From: Alkalispirochaeta sp.
GTDB lineage: Bacteria; Spirochaetota; Spirochaetia; DSM-27196; Alkalispirochaetaceae
Length of the DNA stretch: 64,000 nucleotides
Assembly: GCA_965242725.1 (NCBI GenBank)
Contig: CBDESZ010000027.1
Span: forward strand, 59,922 to 123,921
Reading direction: 5' to 3'
Shown here: positions 39,915 through 49,673 of the stretch, in pieces
Layout of the letters: every line of letters starts with the position of its first letter
How positions within the stretch are numbered: the stretch's first letter is position 1
The notes under the pieces: generated by a model
Told to the model about the DNA's origin: nothing
The model's input: the letters and a program-made list of their open reading frames with translations, nothing else
The model's database searches: none
Program-made: the position numbers and the translations under genes

Positions 39915-42362
39915 GTGAACATAAAAAAACGATTTCTCCCGATACCGGTACTGCTGCTGATGATCCTCGCCGGCTGTGCCACGACCGGCACCATACCGGT
40001 CGATATCGGACCTGAAGAGGCATATTATATTTCCCCGGCCAACGGTGACGGCGTACAGGATGACGTGGTGCTGCCCCTTACGGTACTTCCCCTGGAACGA
40101 ACCTCCCTGAGCGCCTATTCGGTGGAGATTCGTGACGCCGGCGGCAATGTCGTCCGTTCCTATGAAGAACGGGTTCCAAGGGGAGGCTTTTTTCGGCGTT
40201 TCCGACGAAACGGGGTCACGGTACCGGAGACCGTATTGTGGGCGGGTGACAACGATCGCGGAGAGTACGTCGAAGACGGCAGGTACACCCTCGTCGTTAC
40301 CGTAACCGACAACAGGGATAACGTCGGCGTCGGACCGGAAATTGTGGTCTTTGTCGACAACACCCCACCTTCGGCGCAGGTCTCAACACCGTTTCCGCTC
40401 ATTACCCCCAATAACGACGGCAGGCTCGACACGATCCTGATCTTTCAGCGCGAATCATCCCTCGAAAGAACATGGACAGGCGAGATTATCGGCGAGGACG
40501 GCGGGAGTGTGAGGAGATATGTGTGGGACGGGTTCACGCCGGACCTCGTATGGGACGGCACAGACGAGACGGGCGCAACCGTTCAGGAAGGAACGTATCG
40601 GTACGTCCTCAGCGCCACCGACGTCGCGGGTAACTCTGCGTCCTTTGAGCTGCCCGGTATCGAGGTCGAGTACGCGCCGCGACCTATTGCACTCAGTGCG
40701 TCGCGTCTCGTTTTTTCACCCAACGGCGACGGAAGAGCCGACGACATCACTTTTACGCCGACCCTGTCGGTGACCGCAAATGTGACCTCCTGGACGCTGA
40801 AAGTTACGGATCGTCAGGGAAGGGAGGTCCGTTCATTTACCGGGGATGGTCTCCCCCAGGCGATACGCTTTGACGGCAGGCGCACCAACGGATCGGTGCT
40901 GCCCGACGGCAGTTACGGTGCAATTCTCACGGTCACATATCGCGGTGGACAACAACCGGAGACAGCCGCACCGATCTTCCGGATTGATACGCTCCCGCCG
41001 TCCGCCTCGGTGACACCACGATATCTCCTCTTCTCGCCCGACGGTGACGGAAGGAAAGACACGATTCCCTTTCATCAGACAAGCAGCGTCGAGCCCATGT
41101 GGGAAGGGACGGTAATCAACAACGCCGGTACCGTCATACGGCGCTGGACCTGGCGCGGACAGGCCGCCGGTTTCGAGTGGGACGGCAGGACGACCGCCGG
41201 GAGTGTCGCACCCGATGATACCTACCGGTACCGACTCACCGCAACAGACGAGGCACAAAACATCCTGACCGTCGAGATACCGGGGCTGAGAATAGATACA
41301 AGGCCGACTCCCGTTACCGCATCCCTGGCTGCGAATCGTTTTTCTCCCAATCGGGACGGCGTACAGGACGTCATTACCTTCAATCTCGGCCTGTCGATTC
41401 CCGACGGTGTGGAAGCGTGGAACCTCACGGTCAACTCCGAGGACGGGAGGAGTTCCGCCCTTATCGCGTCGGGACAGAGTCGTGTGCCCTCCCAGGTTGT
41501 CTGGGACGGAGCAATAGGGGGCCGAACCGCGTCGGACGGCAACTACACCGCCCTCTTTGAGGCGACCTATACAAAGGGAAATGTCGGTATTGCCCGTTCC
41601 CCGGCGGTCACTCTTGATACGACGCCGCCGGTCGTCTCCGTTTCGGCGCAGCCCAAACCCTTCTCCCCCGATAACGACGGAGTCGCAGACAGGCTGACGA
41701 TCACTCTCACCGCCCGTGACGCAGGCTCAGTCGAGTCGTGGCGCCTGCGTATTCTCGACCCCACGGGCGTCGTTTTCAGGGAGTTCACCGGACGGGGTGC
41801 TCCCGCCCAGCCGATCGTCTGGGACGGAACGTCGTCTTCAGGTGAACTTGTGCAATCAGCCGAGGAGTACCGTCTCGTCGCAACTGCCACCGACACGGTC
41901 TGGAACACCGGTCAGGCCGAGGAGATCGTACCGACGGACATTCTGGTGATCCGCGACGGCGATCGATTGAGAATCAACATTACCGCCATCCAGTTTGCAC
42001 CCTTTACCGCGGACTACGAGGTCGAGGTGGGGGCAATACAGGCGGCACGGAACCGGAGGACCCTTGATCGCCTGGCGGAGGTGTTGAAAAAATATCCCCG
42101 CTATCAGATCTCAATTGAAGGTCACGCCGTCCAGATATACTGGAACAACCCGGCCCGTTCTGCGGTGGAACAGTCGGACGTACTGCTTCCCCTTTCGCAG
42201 TCCCGTGCGGAAGTCGTCAAGGAGGCGCTCATTGAACGGGGAATTCCTGAAACACGAATGACGACCCATGGATATGGCGGGTCGGTACCCATCGTTCCCC
42301 ACGGCGATCTGGAAAATCGTTGGAAGAACAGACGGGTCGAATTTGTACTGGTCCAGCGATAA
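39915..42362 (+). CDS. OmpA-family lipoprotein with six FlgD/Ig-like repeats
   Basis: LAGC lipobox; six SP(N/D)xDG..D-type motifs; C-terminal IEGHA, LSQSRA, NRRVEF; GGAGG before GTG 39915. Confidence 0.88.
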   Translation: MNIKKRFLPIPVLLLMILAGCATTGTIPVDIGPEEAYYISPANGDGVQDDVVLPLTVLPLERTSLSAYSVEIRDAGGNVVRSYEERVPRGGFFRRFRRNGVTVPETVLWAGDNDRGEYVEDGRYTLVVTVTDNRDNVGVGPEIVVFVDNTPPSAQVSTPFPLITPNNDGRLDTILIFQRESSLERTWTGEIIGEDGGSVRRYVWDGFTPDLVWDGTDETGATVQEGTYRYVLSATDVAGNSASFELPGIEVEYAPRPIALSASRLVFSPNGDGRADDITFTPTLSVTANVTSWTLKVTDRQGREVRSFTGDGLPQAIRFDGRRTNGSVLPDGSYGAILTVTYRGGQQPETAAPIFRIDTLPPSASVTPRYLLFSPDGDGRKDTIPFHQTSSVEPMWEGTVINNAGTVIRRWTWRGQAAGFEWDGRTTAGSVAPDDTYRYRLTATDEAQNILTVEIPGLRIDTRPTPVTASLAANRFSPNRDGVQDVITFNLGLSIPDGVEAWNLTVNSEDGRSSALIASGQSRVPSQVVWDGAIGGRTASDGNYTALFEATYTKGNVGIARSPAVTLDTTPPVVSVSAQPKPFSPDNDGVADRLTITLTARDAGSVESWRLRILDPTGVVFREFTGRGAPAQPIVWDGTSSSGELVQSAEEYRLVATATDTVWNTGQAEEIVPTDILVIRDGDRLRINITAIQFAPFTADYEVEVGAIQAARNRRTLDRLAEVLKKYPRYQISIEGHAVQIYWNNPARSAVEQSDVLLPLSQSRAEVVKEALIERGIPETRMTTHGYGGSVPIVPHGDLENRWKNRRVEFVLVQR

Positions 42363-42405
42363 ATGATACGGCCCGCCGCCCGTTGCGGCGGGCAGGAGGA
42401 AGAGG

Positions 42406-42966
42406 ATGAAAAAACTATCAATCGGCGCTATTGCGGTCCTGGCCATGGTGTCCATCAGTCTCGTCGGGTGTACCTCCGTACAATCCGGTGTGGGTCTGCG
42501 ACGGCAGGTGACCCGGGCGGTGGCGGTCATCAGGCCCGTGCAGGGAGGAGGTTCCCTCGGTACCGTTACATTTATTCAGGAAGGACGGCATGTGCGTATC
42601 ATCGCCGACATGCAGGGACTGACACCGGGGAAACATGGAATCCATGTCCATGAGTTCGGCGACACGTCCGCTTTCGACGGGACTTCCGCCGGCGGACACT
42701 TCAATCCCCGCAACACTCCCCATGGGGCCCCCACCGCGGAGGTCCGTCACGTTGGAGACCTCGGAAATCTTGAAGTCGATCGCAACGGTGTGGCGACATA
42801 CAACCGCCTGGACGAGGTGATAACCCTGAATGGACCAAACTCCGTCGTCGGACGTGCGGTCGTCGTCAAGGCGGGACCCGACGATTTCAAGACGCAGCCG
42901 GGAGGTGCCGCGGGTGCACGAATAGCCTGGGGCGTGATCGGAATCGGGGCACTCTCTTCGGAATGA
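42406..42966 (+). CDS. sodC: Cu/Zn superoxide dismutase family lipoprotein
   Basis: HGIHVH, GGHFNP, RHVGDLGN; LVGC lipobox. Confidence 0.9.
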   Translation: MKKLSIGAIAVLAMVSISLVGCTSVQSGVGLRRQVTRAVAVIRPVQGGGSLGTVTFIQEGRHVRIIADMQGLTPGKHGIHVHEFGDTSAFDGTSAGGHFNPRNTPHGAPTAEVRHVGDLGNLEVDRNGVATYNRLDEVITLNGPNSVVGRAVVVKAGPDDFKTQPGGAAGARIAWGVIGIGALSSE

Positions 42967-43029
42967 CATCGCACCTGTGCCGTTCTTCAACGATGTAGGA
43001 CCGGATGTGAAGGAATCGGAGGTGCCGCC

Positions 43030-44286
43030 GTGGCGATAATAGGTTTTGTATCTACCCGTTTTGCCGGGAGCGACGGAGTCAGTCTGGAAAGCGCCAAGTG
43101 GGCGCATGTATTTGAAGACGAAGGGCATAGCGTCTGCTGGTTCGCCGGCGAGCTTGACAGACCTGCCCGACAGAGCATGCTGGTCCCGGAGGCGCACTTC
43201 AACCATCCGGAATCGGTGAGAATAAGCGACGCCGTCTGGGGCAGGCTGCACCGTCCCAGGGAGATCAACGATCTCATCAAGTCACAGGTCGCCCTGCTCC
43301 GCTCGAAGCTCTATGAGTTTATCGAAACCTTTACGGTGGACATTCTCGTCGTGGAAAATGCCCTCACCATTCCCATGCAGGTCCCACTCGGCATCGCCCT
43401 CACCGATTTCATCGCCGAGGCGAATATTCCAACGATCGCCCACCACCACGATTTTTACTGGGAACGGACGCGCTTTCTCATAAGCGCGATTCGGGATTAC
43501 CTGGAGATGGCGTTTCCTCCGGTATTGCCCCAGATTCAGCATGCCGTCATCAACTCCGCCGCCCGGGACCAACTGGCGTGGCGGAAGGGCGTCTCTTCGA
43601 TCATCGTGCCCAACGTCATCAATTTCGATGGGCCCCTTCCTCCGATAGATCGGAAACGGGTACGTCGGACGGTTGGCCTCGCCGATGATGACATCCTCAT
43701 TCTGCAACCAACCCGCGTGGTCCCGCGAAAGGGAATCGAGCACGCCATAACCCTGGTGTCCCGCCTGAACGATCCCCGCTGCAAACTGGTCATCAGCCAC
43801 GAGAGCGGAGATGAGGGGGACACCTACCTGAGCGCCCTTATGGATTCGGCTCGGGAAGCACATGTGGACCTCCGGCTGATCCCTACCGTCGTCCCCGACG
43901 TGATCCAGGGTGAGGAACAGCCGATCCCCCGTGGATCTCTGGGCTTGTGGGAACTCTACGGCGCGGCGGATCTGGTGACCTATCCCAGTCTCTATGAAGG
44001 ATTCGGAAACGCCCTCCTTGAGGCGTTCTACTTCCGCCTCCCGGTTCTCATTAACCGGTACAGCATATTTATTCAGGATATAGAGCCGAAGGGATTCCGA
44101 ACGATATCAATGGACGGGTTTGTGACGCCCGACGTGGTAGATGCCGTGAGGGCAATCCTGTCTGACGAGACGCGGCGGCGTGAAATGGTTGATCACAACT
44201 TTGCGCTCGCCCACCGCTACTTCAGCTACTCCATCCTCCGGCGACGCCTGCAGACGCTTCTGATAAACGTCCTTGGTATGGATTGA
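43030..44286 (+). CDS. GT4 glycosyltransferase (mannosylglucosylglycerate synthase-like)
   Basis: DGVSLE..KW, HHHDFYWER, TRVVPRKGIE, YPSLYEGFGN. Confidence 0.85.
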   Translation: MAIIGFVSTRFAGSDGVSLESAKWAHVFEDEGHSVCWFAGELDRPARQSMLVPEAHFNHPESVRISDAVWGRLHRPREINDLIKSQVALLRSKLYEFIETFTVDILVVENALTIPMQVPLGIALTDFIAEANIPTIAHHHDFYWERTRFLISAIRDYLEMAFPPVLPQIQHAVINSAARDQLAWRKGVSSIIVPNVINFDGPLPPIDRKRVRRTVGLADDDILILQPTRVVPRKGIEHAITLVSRLNDPRCKLVISHESGDEGDTYLSALMDSAREAHVDLRLIPTVVPDVIQGEEQPIPRGSLGLWELYGAADLVTYPSLYEGFGNALLEAFYFRLPVLINRYSIFIQDIEPKGFRTISMDGFVTPDVVDAVRAILSDETRRREMVDHNFALAHRYFSYSILRRRLQTLLINVLGMD

Positions 44287-44341
44287 CGCGGTCCAAAGGC
44301 AGCCTGAAGGCGGTGACGATGCGTGCCCCGCGACCTCGTCG

Positions 44342-45247
44342 CTACGTCACGTCCAACCGCTCGAGAAGGAGCGCAAGCTCCCGACGTTCCTCACCTTCAA
44401 TACTCGTAAGGGGCAGGGGCAATGACGGGGATGCGGCGAAACCCACCACCTCAGCGGCCGTGGCAATGACTCTCAGGCTGCCGCCGTATCGTTGAAAGAG
44501 CGTCCACAGCGGCCCGAGCCGCCGGGACAGGCGCATCGCTTCCTCACCCTCTCCCATGCGTACGGACCGGGCAATTGCGAGGGCCGTCCGAGGAAAGAGC
44601 CCGCCGATGACTGAATACCACAGATCACACCCGGCGATGAGTCCCGTCGCGGCGAAGGAATCACCGCTGATTCCAATTGTCACATCCGGGGGCAGCATCT
44701 TCCGGAGCGTCGCAACGCGCGCCCGCGCCGTCTCCATTTCGGGAGAAATGCCGGGAATCTTTATTGAATAGACCATAGGTAGTTCGGCAATCCTGCGGTA
44801 CAGCTCATCGCTGAAGGTGAACTTTGTTGTTCCCGGATTGTCGTAGAGACAGAGCGGCACCGAGAGCGAGGCGGATACGGTGCGGTAGAGATGGAACACC
44901 TCATCCTCCGTCAACGAATGGTAGGAGACGGGGGCGAGCAGAACTGCCGACGCGCCGGCGTTCTGGGCGTCTTCCGCGAGGAGACAGACGTCCCGAGTCC
45001 GCAACGCGCCGATGCCGACCATCACAGGAGTGGAACCTGCAGCATCCACGGCACGGCGCGCCACCGCGGCGCGTTCCCGCCGATTCAAGTAGGGGTACAC
45101 GCCGGTGGATCCCAGAACACCGAGGGAGTCAACCCCGGCGGAAACCGCACGCCCGACGATCCGGACGACGGCCTCCTCGTCGGGTTCTCCGTCCTTCAGG
45201 GGCGTCAGGGGGAAGGCGCAGAGGCCGGAAAAGGGGAAATCACTCAC
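44342..45247 (-). CDS. Dihydrodipicolinate synthase (DapA/NanA) family protein
   Basis: FPLTP, LGSTG, LYDNP, SIKIP. Confidence 0.85.
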   Translation of the reverse strand: MSDFPFSGLCAFPLTPLKDGEPDEEAVVRIVGRAVSAGVDSLGVLGSTGVYPYLNRRERAAVARRAVDAAGSTPVMVGIGALRTRDVCLLAEDAQNAGASAVLLAPVSYHSLTEDEVFHLYRTVSASLSVPLCLYDNPGTTKFTFSDELYRRIAELPMVYSIKIPGISPEMETARARVATLRKMLPPDVTIGISGDSFAATGLIAGCDLWYSVIGGLFPRTALAIARSVRMGEGEEAMRLSRRLGPLWTLFQRYGGSLRVIATAAEVVGFAASPSLPLPLTSIEGEERRELALLLERLDVT

Positions 45248-45262
45248 TCATACACCCGTCTT

Positions 45263-45788
45263 TCATTCGGCGATCGTTCCGACAAAGACCTCCCCGTCGA
45301 TAGGCGTCCCGTCGCTCATGATGAACTCACCGGTGAAACTCTCCCACTCCGGGCCGAAGGCGAGCGTTGCCCCGGCAACCCAGGCGGTCAGAAAGTCGTG
45401 GGGATCTACCCTTTCCTGTTCCGTCAGATGCAACTCCCCCCCCCGTCTCCAAAAGGTCGCCGGACAGGAACCATTGCGCCTTCTTGCCCTCCTGCCCGTT
45501 CTGAACGCTCATGCGATGTGCCTCAAGAAGTGTCAAATCGATGCGGGCAATGACGTTGTTCTCCGATGGATTGTGTTCAAATTCGATTTCCGCCTCATAT
45601 CGGTCCATCCCGCCGCGATTTTCCCATTCCAACCTTCCCGTCCACGAGCTTGAGAATATCTCCTGTATCTCCGGACGTGTGTAGTCCACCGGAGAAGCCG
45701 CGCTGCGTGGATTCGTTGAAGCGCAACCGATCAGGAATAAAGCCCCAAGGGCAACATAAAGAGGATAGGACACATACACTTTTTTCAT
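45263..45788 (-). CDS. Hypothetical lipoprotein, frameshifted at a G9 tract
   Basis: LIGC lipobox; removing one G at 45436-45444 gives ...ETGGELHLTEQERVD...FVGTIAE-stop at 45263. Confidence 0.6.
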
Positions 45789-45876
45789 TTTTCAACTCTC
45801 CCCGCCGAAACGGTGATCTTTTTTCTATCCTAGTGTATGTTCCTTTATTTTTCAAATTTTATATCCAATATTATTA

Positions 45877-46896
45877 CTATACCGTTACCGGCAGGAGCAG
45901 CTCCGCTATTTGAACGGCGTTGAGGGCGGCACCCTTCCGCAGCTGGTCACCGGTGAGCCAAATGTCGTATCGATACTCGCTGCCGTGGTCACGACGTATG
46001 CGACCGACAAGTACGTCGTCGTTGTTTGCGGCGGAAACGGGTGTCGGCCCGAGTCCCCGGGCATCCCACCCGTTGTTGCCGTATACCGCGACTCCCGGGG
46101 CCTCTCCAAGCAGTCGGTACAACTCCTCTACCGGGGGTGATGATTCCAGCTCGATGTTGACGACCTCCGCATGGGAGCGCATGACCGGCACCCTTACGGC
46201 GTGGACGTTTACGGCGAGGTCCGGTTCATCCAGTATCTTGCGGAGCTCATTTATTATTTTCCATTCTTCTGAAACGTAACCGTTTTCCATGAGTTCCGTA
46301 TTGTGGACAAAACAGTTGAATGCGTACTGGTAGGGAATCACCGAATTTGTGTACCGACGCCCCTGCAGCACCGCTTCCGTCTCTTCCTGAAGCTCCGTCA
46401 TCGCACGGCTTCCCGCGCCGCTGGCAGCCTGATAGGTGGCGATGAAGAGTCGCTTGATCGTGTAGGCCCGATGGAGCGGACCGAGAACGGTGGCGAGTAT
46501 TGCGGCGTTGCAGTTCGGGTTGGCAATGACGTTTGAATGACGAGCAAGGGAATGGGAATTGACCTCCGGAACGACCAGAGGCACTTCCCGCTCCAGTCGA
46601 AACTGGGAGGAGTTGTCTATAAGTATCGCACCGGAGTCTGCGACTTCCCTGGCGATCTGGGCGGTCACAAAACTTCCCGCAGAGGCGAGGACGAAATGGA
46701 CGTCCCGAAAAACACCCTCGTGGAGAGGTATGACATCGAGCTCCCGTCCCTTAAAGGGTATCGTCGCGCCCCGGCTCCGTTCAGATGCGATGGGAATGAG
46801 CTGCTCCACGGGAAAATCACGCTCTTCCAGAATGGAAATGATCTCCCGCCCTACTGCGCCGGTTGCTCCGACGACTGCTACACGATAACCCGGCAT
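45877..46896 (-). CDS. asd: Aspartate-semialdehyde dehydrogenase
   Basis: VAVVGATGAVG, IDNSS, ANPNC, TYQAASGAG, RVPVMRSH, DQLRKGAALNAVQI. Confidence 0.96.
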   Translation of the reverse strand: MPGYRVAVVGATGAVGREIISILEERDFPVEQLIPIASERSRGATIPFKGRELDVIPLHEGVFRDVHFVLASAGSFVTAQIAREVADSGAILIDNSSQFRLEREVPLVVPEVNSHSLARHSNVIANPNCNAAILATVLGPLHRAYTIKRLFIATYQAASGAGSRAMTELQEETEAVLQGRRYTNSVIPYQYAFNCFVHNTELMENGYVSEEWKIINELRKILDEPDLAVNVHAVRVPVMRSHAEVVNIELESSPPVEELYRLLGEAPGVAVYGNNGWDARGLGPTPVSAANNDDVLVGRIRRDHGSEYRYDIWLTGDQLRKGAALNAVQIAELLLPVTV

Positions 46897-46963
46897 GTAA
46901 TACCTCCTCCGTCTGCCCCCTCCGGAGATCATTGCCGACGGCAACACAATCCGGCGTTAGGGC

Positions 46964-46991
46964 AAAAAAAAACCCCGCATCTGCGGGGTTT
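46964..46991 (-). terminator. Attenuator-type intrinsic terminator in the asd leader
   Basis: AAACCCCGC-AGAT-GCGGGG followed by T9, 67 nt upstream of the asd start. Confidence 0.88.
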
Positions 46992-47014
46992 CAAAATCAT
47001 AGTCAGGTGGACAG

Positions 47015-47149
47015 CTAAAAAACGGCCGTCCCGCACTGCTCACCGGCCGTAGTATCCCCTGTGGTCTTTTTCGTCGTCGTGATGGTTTTCTTGCCGATTG
47101 TGGGCGTTGACGAGGTGAACAGGATATAAGGCGTTCGTACAGCGAACAT
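47015..47149 (-). CDS. Putative asd leader peptide (44 aa)
   Basis: MFAVRTPYILFTSSTPTIGKKTITTTKKTTGDTTAGEQCGTAVF-stop; 13 Thr, 4 Lys, 3 Ile; ends 23 nt before the terminator. Confidence 0.8.
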   Translation of the reverse strand: MFAVRTPYILFTSSTPTIGKKTITTTKKTTGDTTAGEQCGTAVF

Positions 47150-47230
47150 TACACACATGGTCATCAATTTGTTCCCGTTCCGTCAAGTGGTACAGGACAT
47201 ATTCCTGATTTTTTTTGGCTCCGGAAGGGA

Positions 47231-48577
47231 TTATTCATTCATTACCGCCTCGACGGGGTGTGATGCCGAAGGCGAAACCCCTCCTGATTCCCTCGAGAAG
47301 TACATGACCAGCGGCGGTACCGGCGGGGATGTTACAAAAGGTGACTTCCGGTCAAACTCCGGCAACCAGACGAGTCGGATCCCGTCGTCCTGAAGATCGA
47401 CGAGAAATGCCGGTCCCTCCGGCGAGGGAAGATTGATGCCGCCGTCATAGCCTGTTGCCGTACCCGGCGCGGGAATGGGGGCGTAGAGAATCCGCCGGTG
47501 CTCCAATCCCGAGCCGATCCCGAGGGGTCTCAAGATGTTGCCGCCCTGCCAGGAGAGTGTTCCGCCGTCGTGAATCGTCAGTTCACCGTAGGTGTTGCTT
47601 CTGTACAGACCGGCATACCCTTCAAGGGCACTCGCAAAGTCCTTGCGTCTTTCATATATCCCCTGGAGCTCCCTCCAGGAGTAGCCTTCGACGGGGATGA
47701 AGTCGCCCCGTATGGAGACATCGTCCGTTTCAATAGTGAGTTCCACCGTTTCGGCGTCGCGTATCGTCAGTTCCACACCTTTATCAGGAAAAACCACCCG
47801 CGGATAGGATACGGCCGCCTCTTCAAGGGGAAGCTGCAGGGAAGTTTCGCCGGTCAATATGGTCAGTATCCCACCGGACAACCGAAACACTTCCAGGACG
47901 GCGGCGCCCCTTTCTACCGCCTCCGCCGCAGCCGTGCCCCACCAGATGTTTCCACCGACGACCGAATGAATGTCCTCAATGGCATCCGTCGAGATTTGGG
48001 CGATCGTACCGGTGCCGTCTCCCGTCGGTAAGGTGATTGACGGTGGAAGGCCCTGCAACAAGGGGGAAAAGACGAATCCTCTGTACGCCCCGTCCGCTAC
48101 AACCTCTAACCATACGCCCCTGCGTCCGCCTACTGTCGTTTCCGGTGTCGCAACGGATACGAGAGTGACCTCTTCGTGGAGACGCAACCGATACAGAACA
48201 TCCGAGGAGGTTGTCGGGCCGGTACGTACCCGCAGCGCGTTTACCGACGCCTGCGCCGTGCGGCCCAGGATGCCCTCCGATTCCCGGACAAACTCTTCCG
48301 CCGCTGCGCGGGTGTCAAAGAGGCGAATGACGCCTGCCGGTACGGCGTGACTTCCGGATTCCCCGTTGGTGACGACGGGGTATGTCCGTTCCCTCTGGTT
48401 CACGGCTCCTACGGAAACGACCGTCCCCGCCTGGAGGGACATTTGGGGAATATCGGAGACGACCACTGCGGGCTGCAGTTCTTCCACGGAACACGCGGTA
48501 ATCGCCAGAATCAGGGCAATCGATACCGACCGTAAAACCGTCGCCGTGCCGCCCCGGACCTGGCCGTACCATTTCAT
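47231..48577 (-). CDS. SH3-domain-containing exported protein
   Basis: Signal/lipobox-like ITAC; ALRVRTGPTTSS...WLEV...GFVFS bacterial SH3 pattern; start uncertain. Confidence 0.75.
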   Translation of the reverse strand: MKWYGQVRGGTATVLRSVSIALILAITACSVEELQPAVVVSDIPQMSLQAGTVVSVGAVNQRERTYPVVTNGESGSHAVPAGVIRLFDTRAAAEEFVRESEGILGRTAQASVNALRVRTGPTTSSDVLYRLRLHEEVTLVSVATPETTVGGRRGVWLEVVADGAYRGFVFSPLLQGLPPSITLPTGDGTGTIAQISTDAIEDIHSVVGGNIWWGTAAAEAVERGAAVLEVFRLSGGILTILTGETSLQLPLEEAAVSYPRVVFPDKGVELTIRDAETVELTIETDDVSIRGDFIPVEGYSWRELQGIYERRKDFASALEGYAGLYRSNTYGELTIHDGGTLSWQGGNILRPLGIGSGLEHRRILYAPIPAPGTATGYDGGINLPSPEGPAFLVDLQDDGIRLVWLPEFDRKSPFVTSPPVPPLVMYFSRESGGVSPSASHPVEAVMNE

Positions 48578-48706
48578 CTGCCGACACGTCTTCTCCCCTC
48601 GTCTGTTCACCCTGTGATACCTCCCCACAGGCGGAGGCTCTCACATGAAGATTGCCGACACGTTACCGATTCGTTACAAATCGGTAATGAAGTGGTAAGG
48701 TGACAT

Positions 48707-49652
48707 ATGGAATATCGCAGGCTTGGAAATTCGGATCTGAAGATTTCCGTCGTCGGTCTGGGCACCTGGGCGATGGGAGGTGAATTTTACGGCCATGTCG
48801 ACGACGGTGAGTCAATTGACGCAATACGTACCGCCATCGACAGCGGCATAAATCTCATCGACACCGCACCGGCATATGGATCGGGTCATTCCGAGGAGAT
48901 CGTCGGAAAGGCGATCGCCGGCCGCCGCGACGACGTTGTCATCGCAACCAAATGCGGAATACTGAAAAACAACGGTGGGATTACCAAAAACCTCAAACCC
49001 GATTCCATCCGCACGGAGGTGGAAGCCTCCCTGCGGCGACTGCAGGTTGACGTCATTGACCTCTATCAGATGCACTGGCCGGACCCGACGACACCTGTCG
49101 AGGAATCGGCGGAAGAGCTCGAAAAGCTCCGCAAGGCGGGGAAAATACGCTATGTCGGTGTGTCCAATTTCTCGCCGAAACTCATGGAGCGTGTCCATCC
49201 CGTGACGGAACTGGTGAGCACCCAACCGCAATTTTCAATCCTCGATCGCCGTATCGAGGGTGACGTGATCCCCTATGTGACGGAACGAAACATAGGCGTT
49301 CTCAGTTACGGCACGCTGGGAGGCGGTATTCTGACGGGCAAATTCCGCGCGCCGCCGAAACTGTCCGGCGACGACAGGCGGGGCCATTTCTACGGTTTCT
49401 ACGACGCCGATTTCTGGCAACGAATACAGCCGATTCTTCGCGTCCTTGAAGAGACGGCCCGGGACCGGGACGTCCCGGTATCTCAGGTTGCAATCAACTG
49501 GTCCATACAACAGAGGGGCATCACGACGGCCCTCGTCGGCGCAAAACGGCCGGAACAGGCCCGGTCGAATGCAGCGGGCCGGGGGGTGGATGCTCTCCGA
49601 CGTTGAGCTTGAGCGTATCTCGACGACGATAGACGAGGTGTTCAACCGGTAA
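48707..49652 (+). CDS. Aldo/keto reductase, C-terminus frameshifted near 49576-49586
   Basis: DTAPAYG, IATKCG, DLYQMHWPD; the natural tail WMLSDVELERI lies in another frame. Confidence 0.9.
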
Positions 49653-49673
49653 TCGCCGGGCCGGCCCGCGGGG

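Noticed and set aside
46897..47186. Lysine riboswitch or T-box upstream of asd
   Set aside because: No L-box or T-box consensus was recognised; the codon-biased small ORF explains the terminator better
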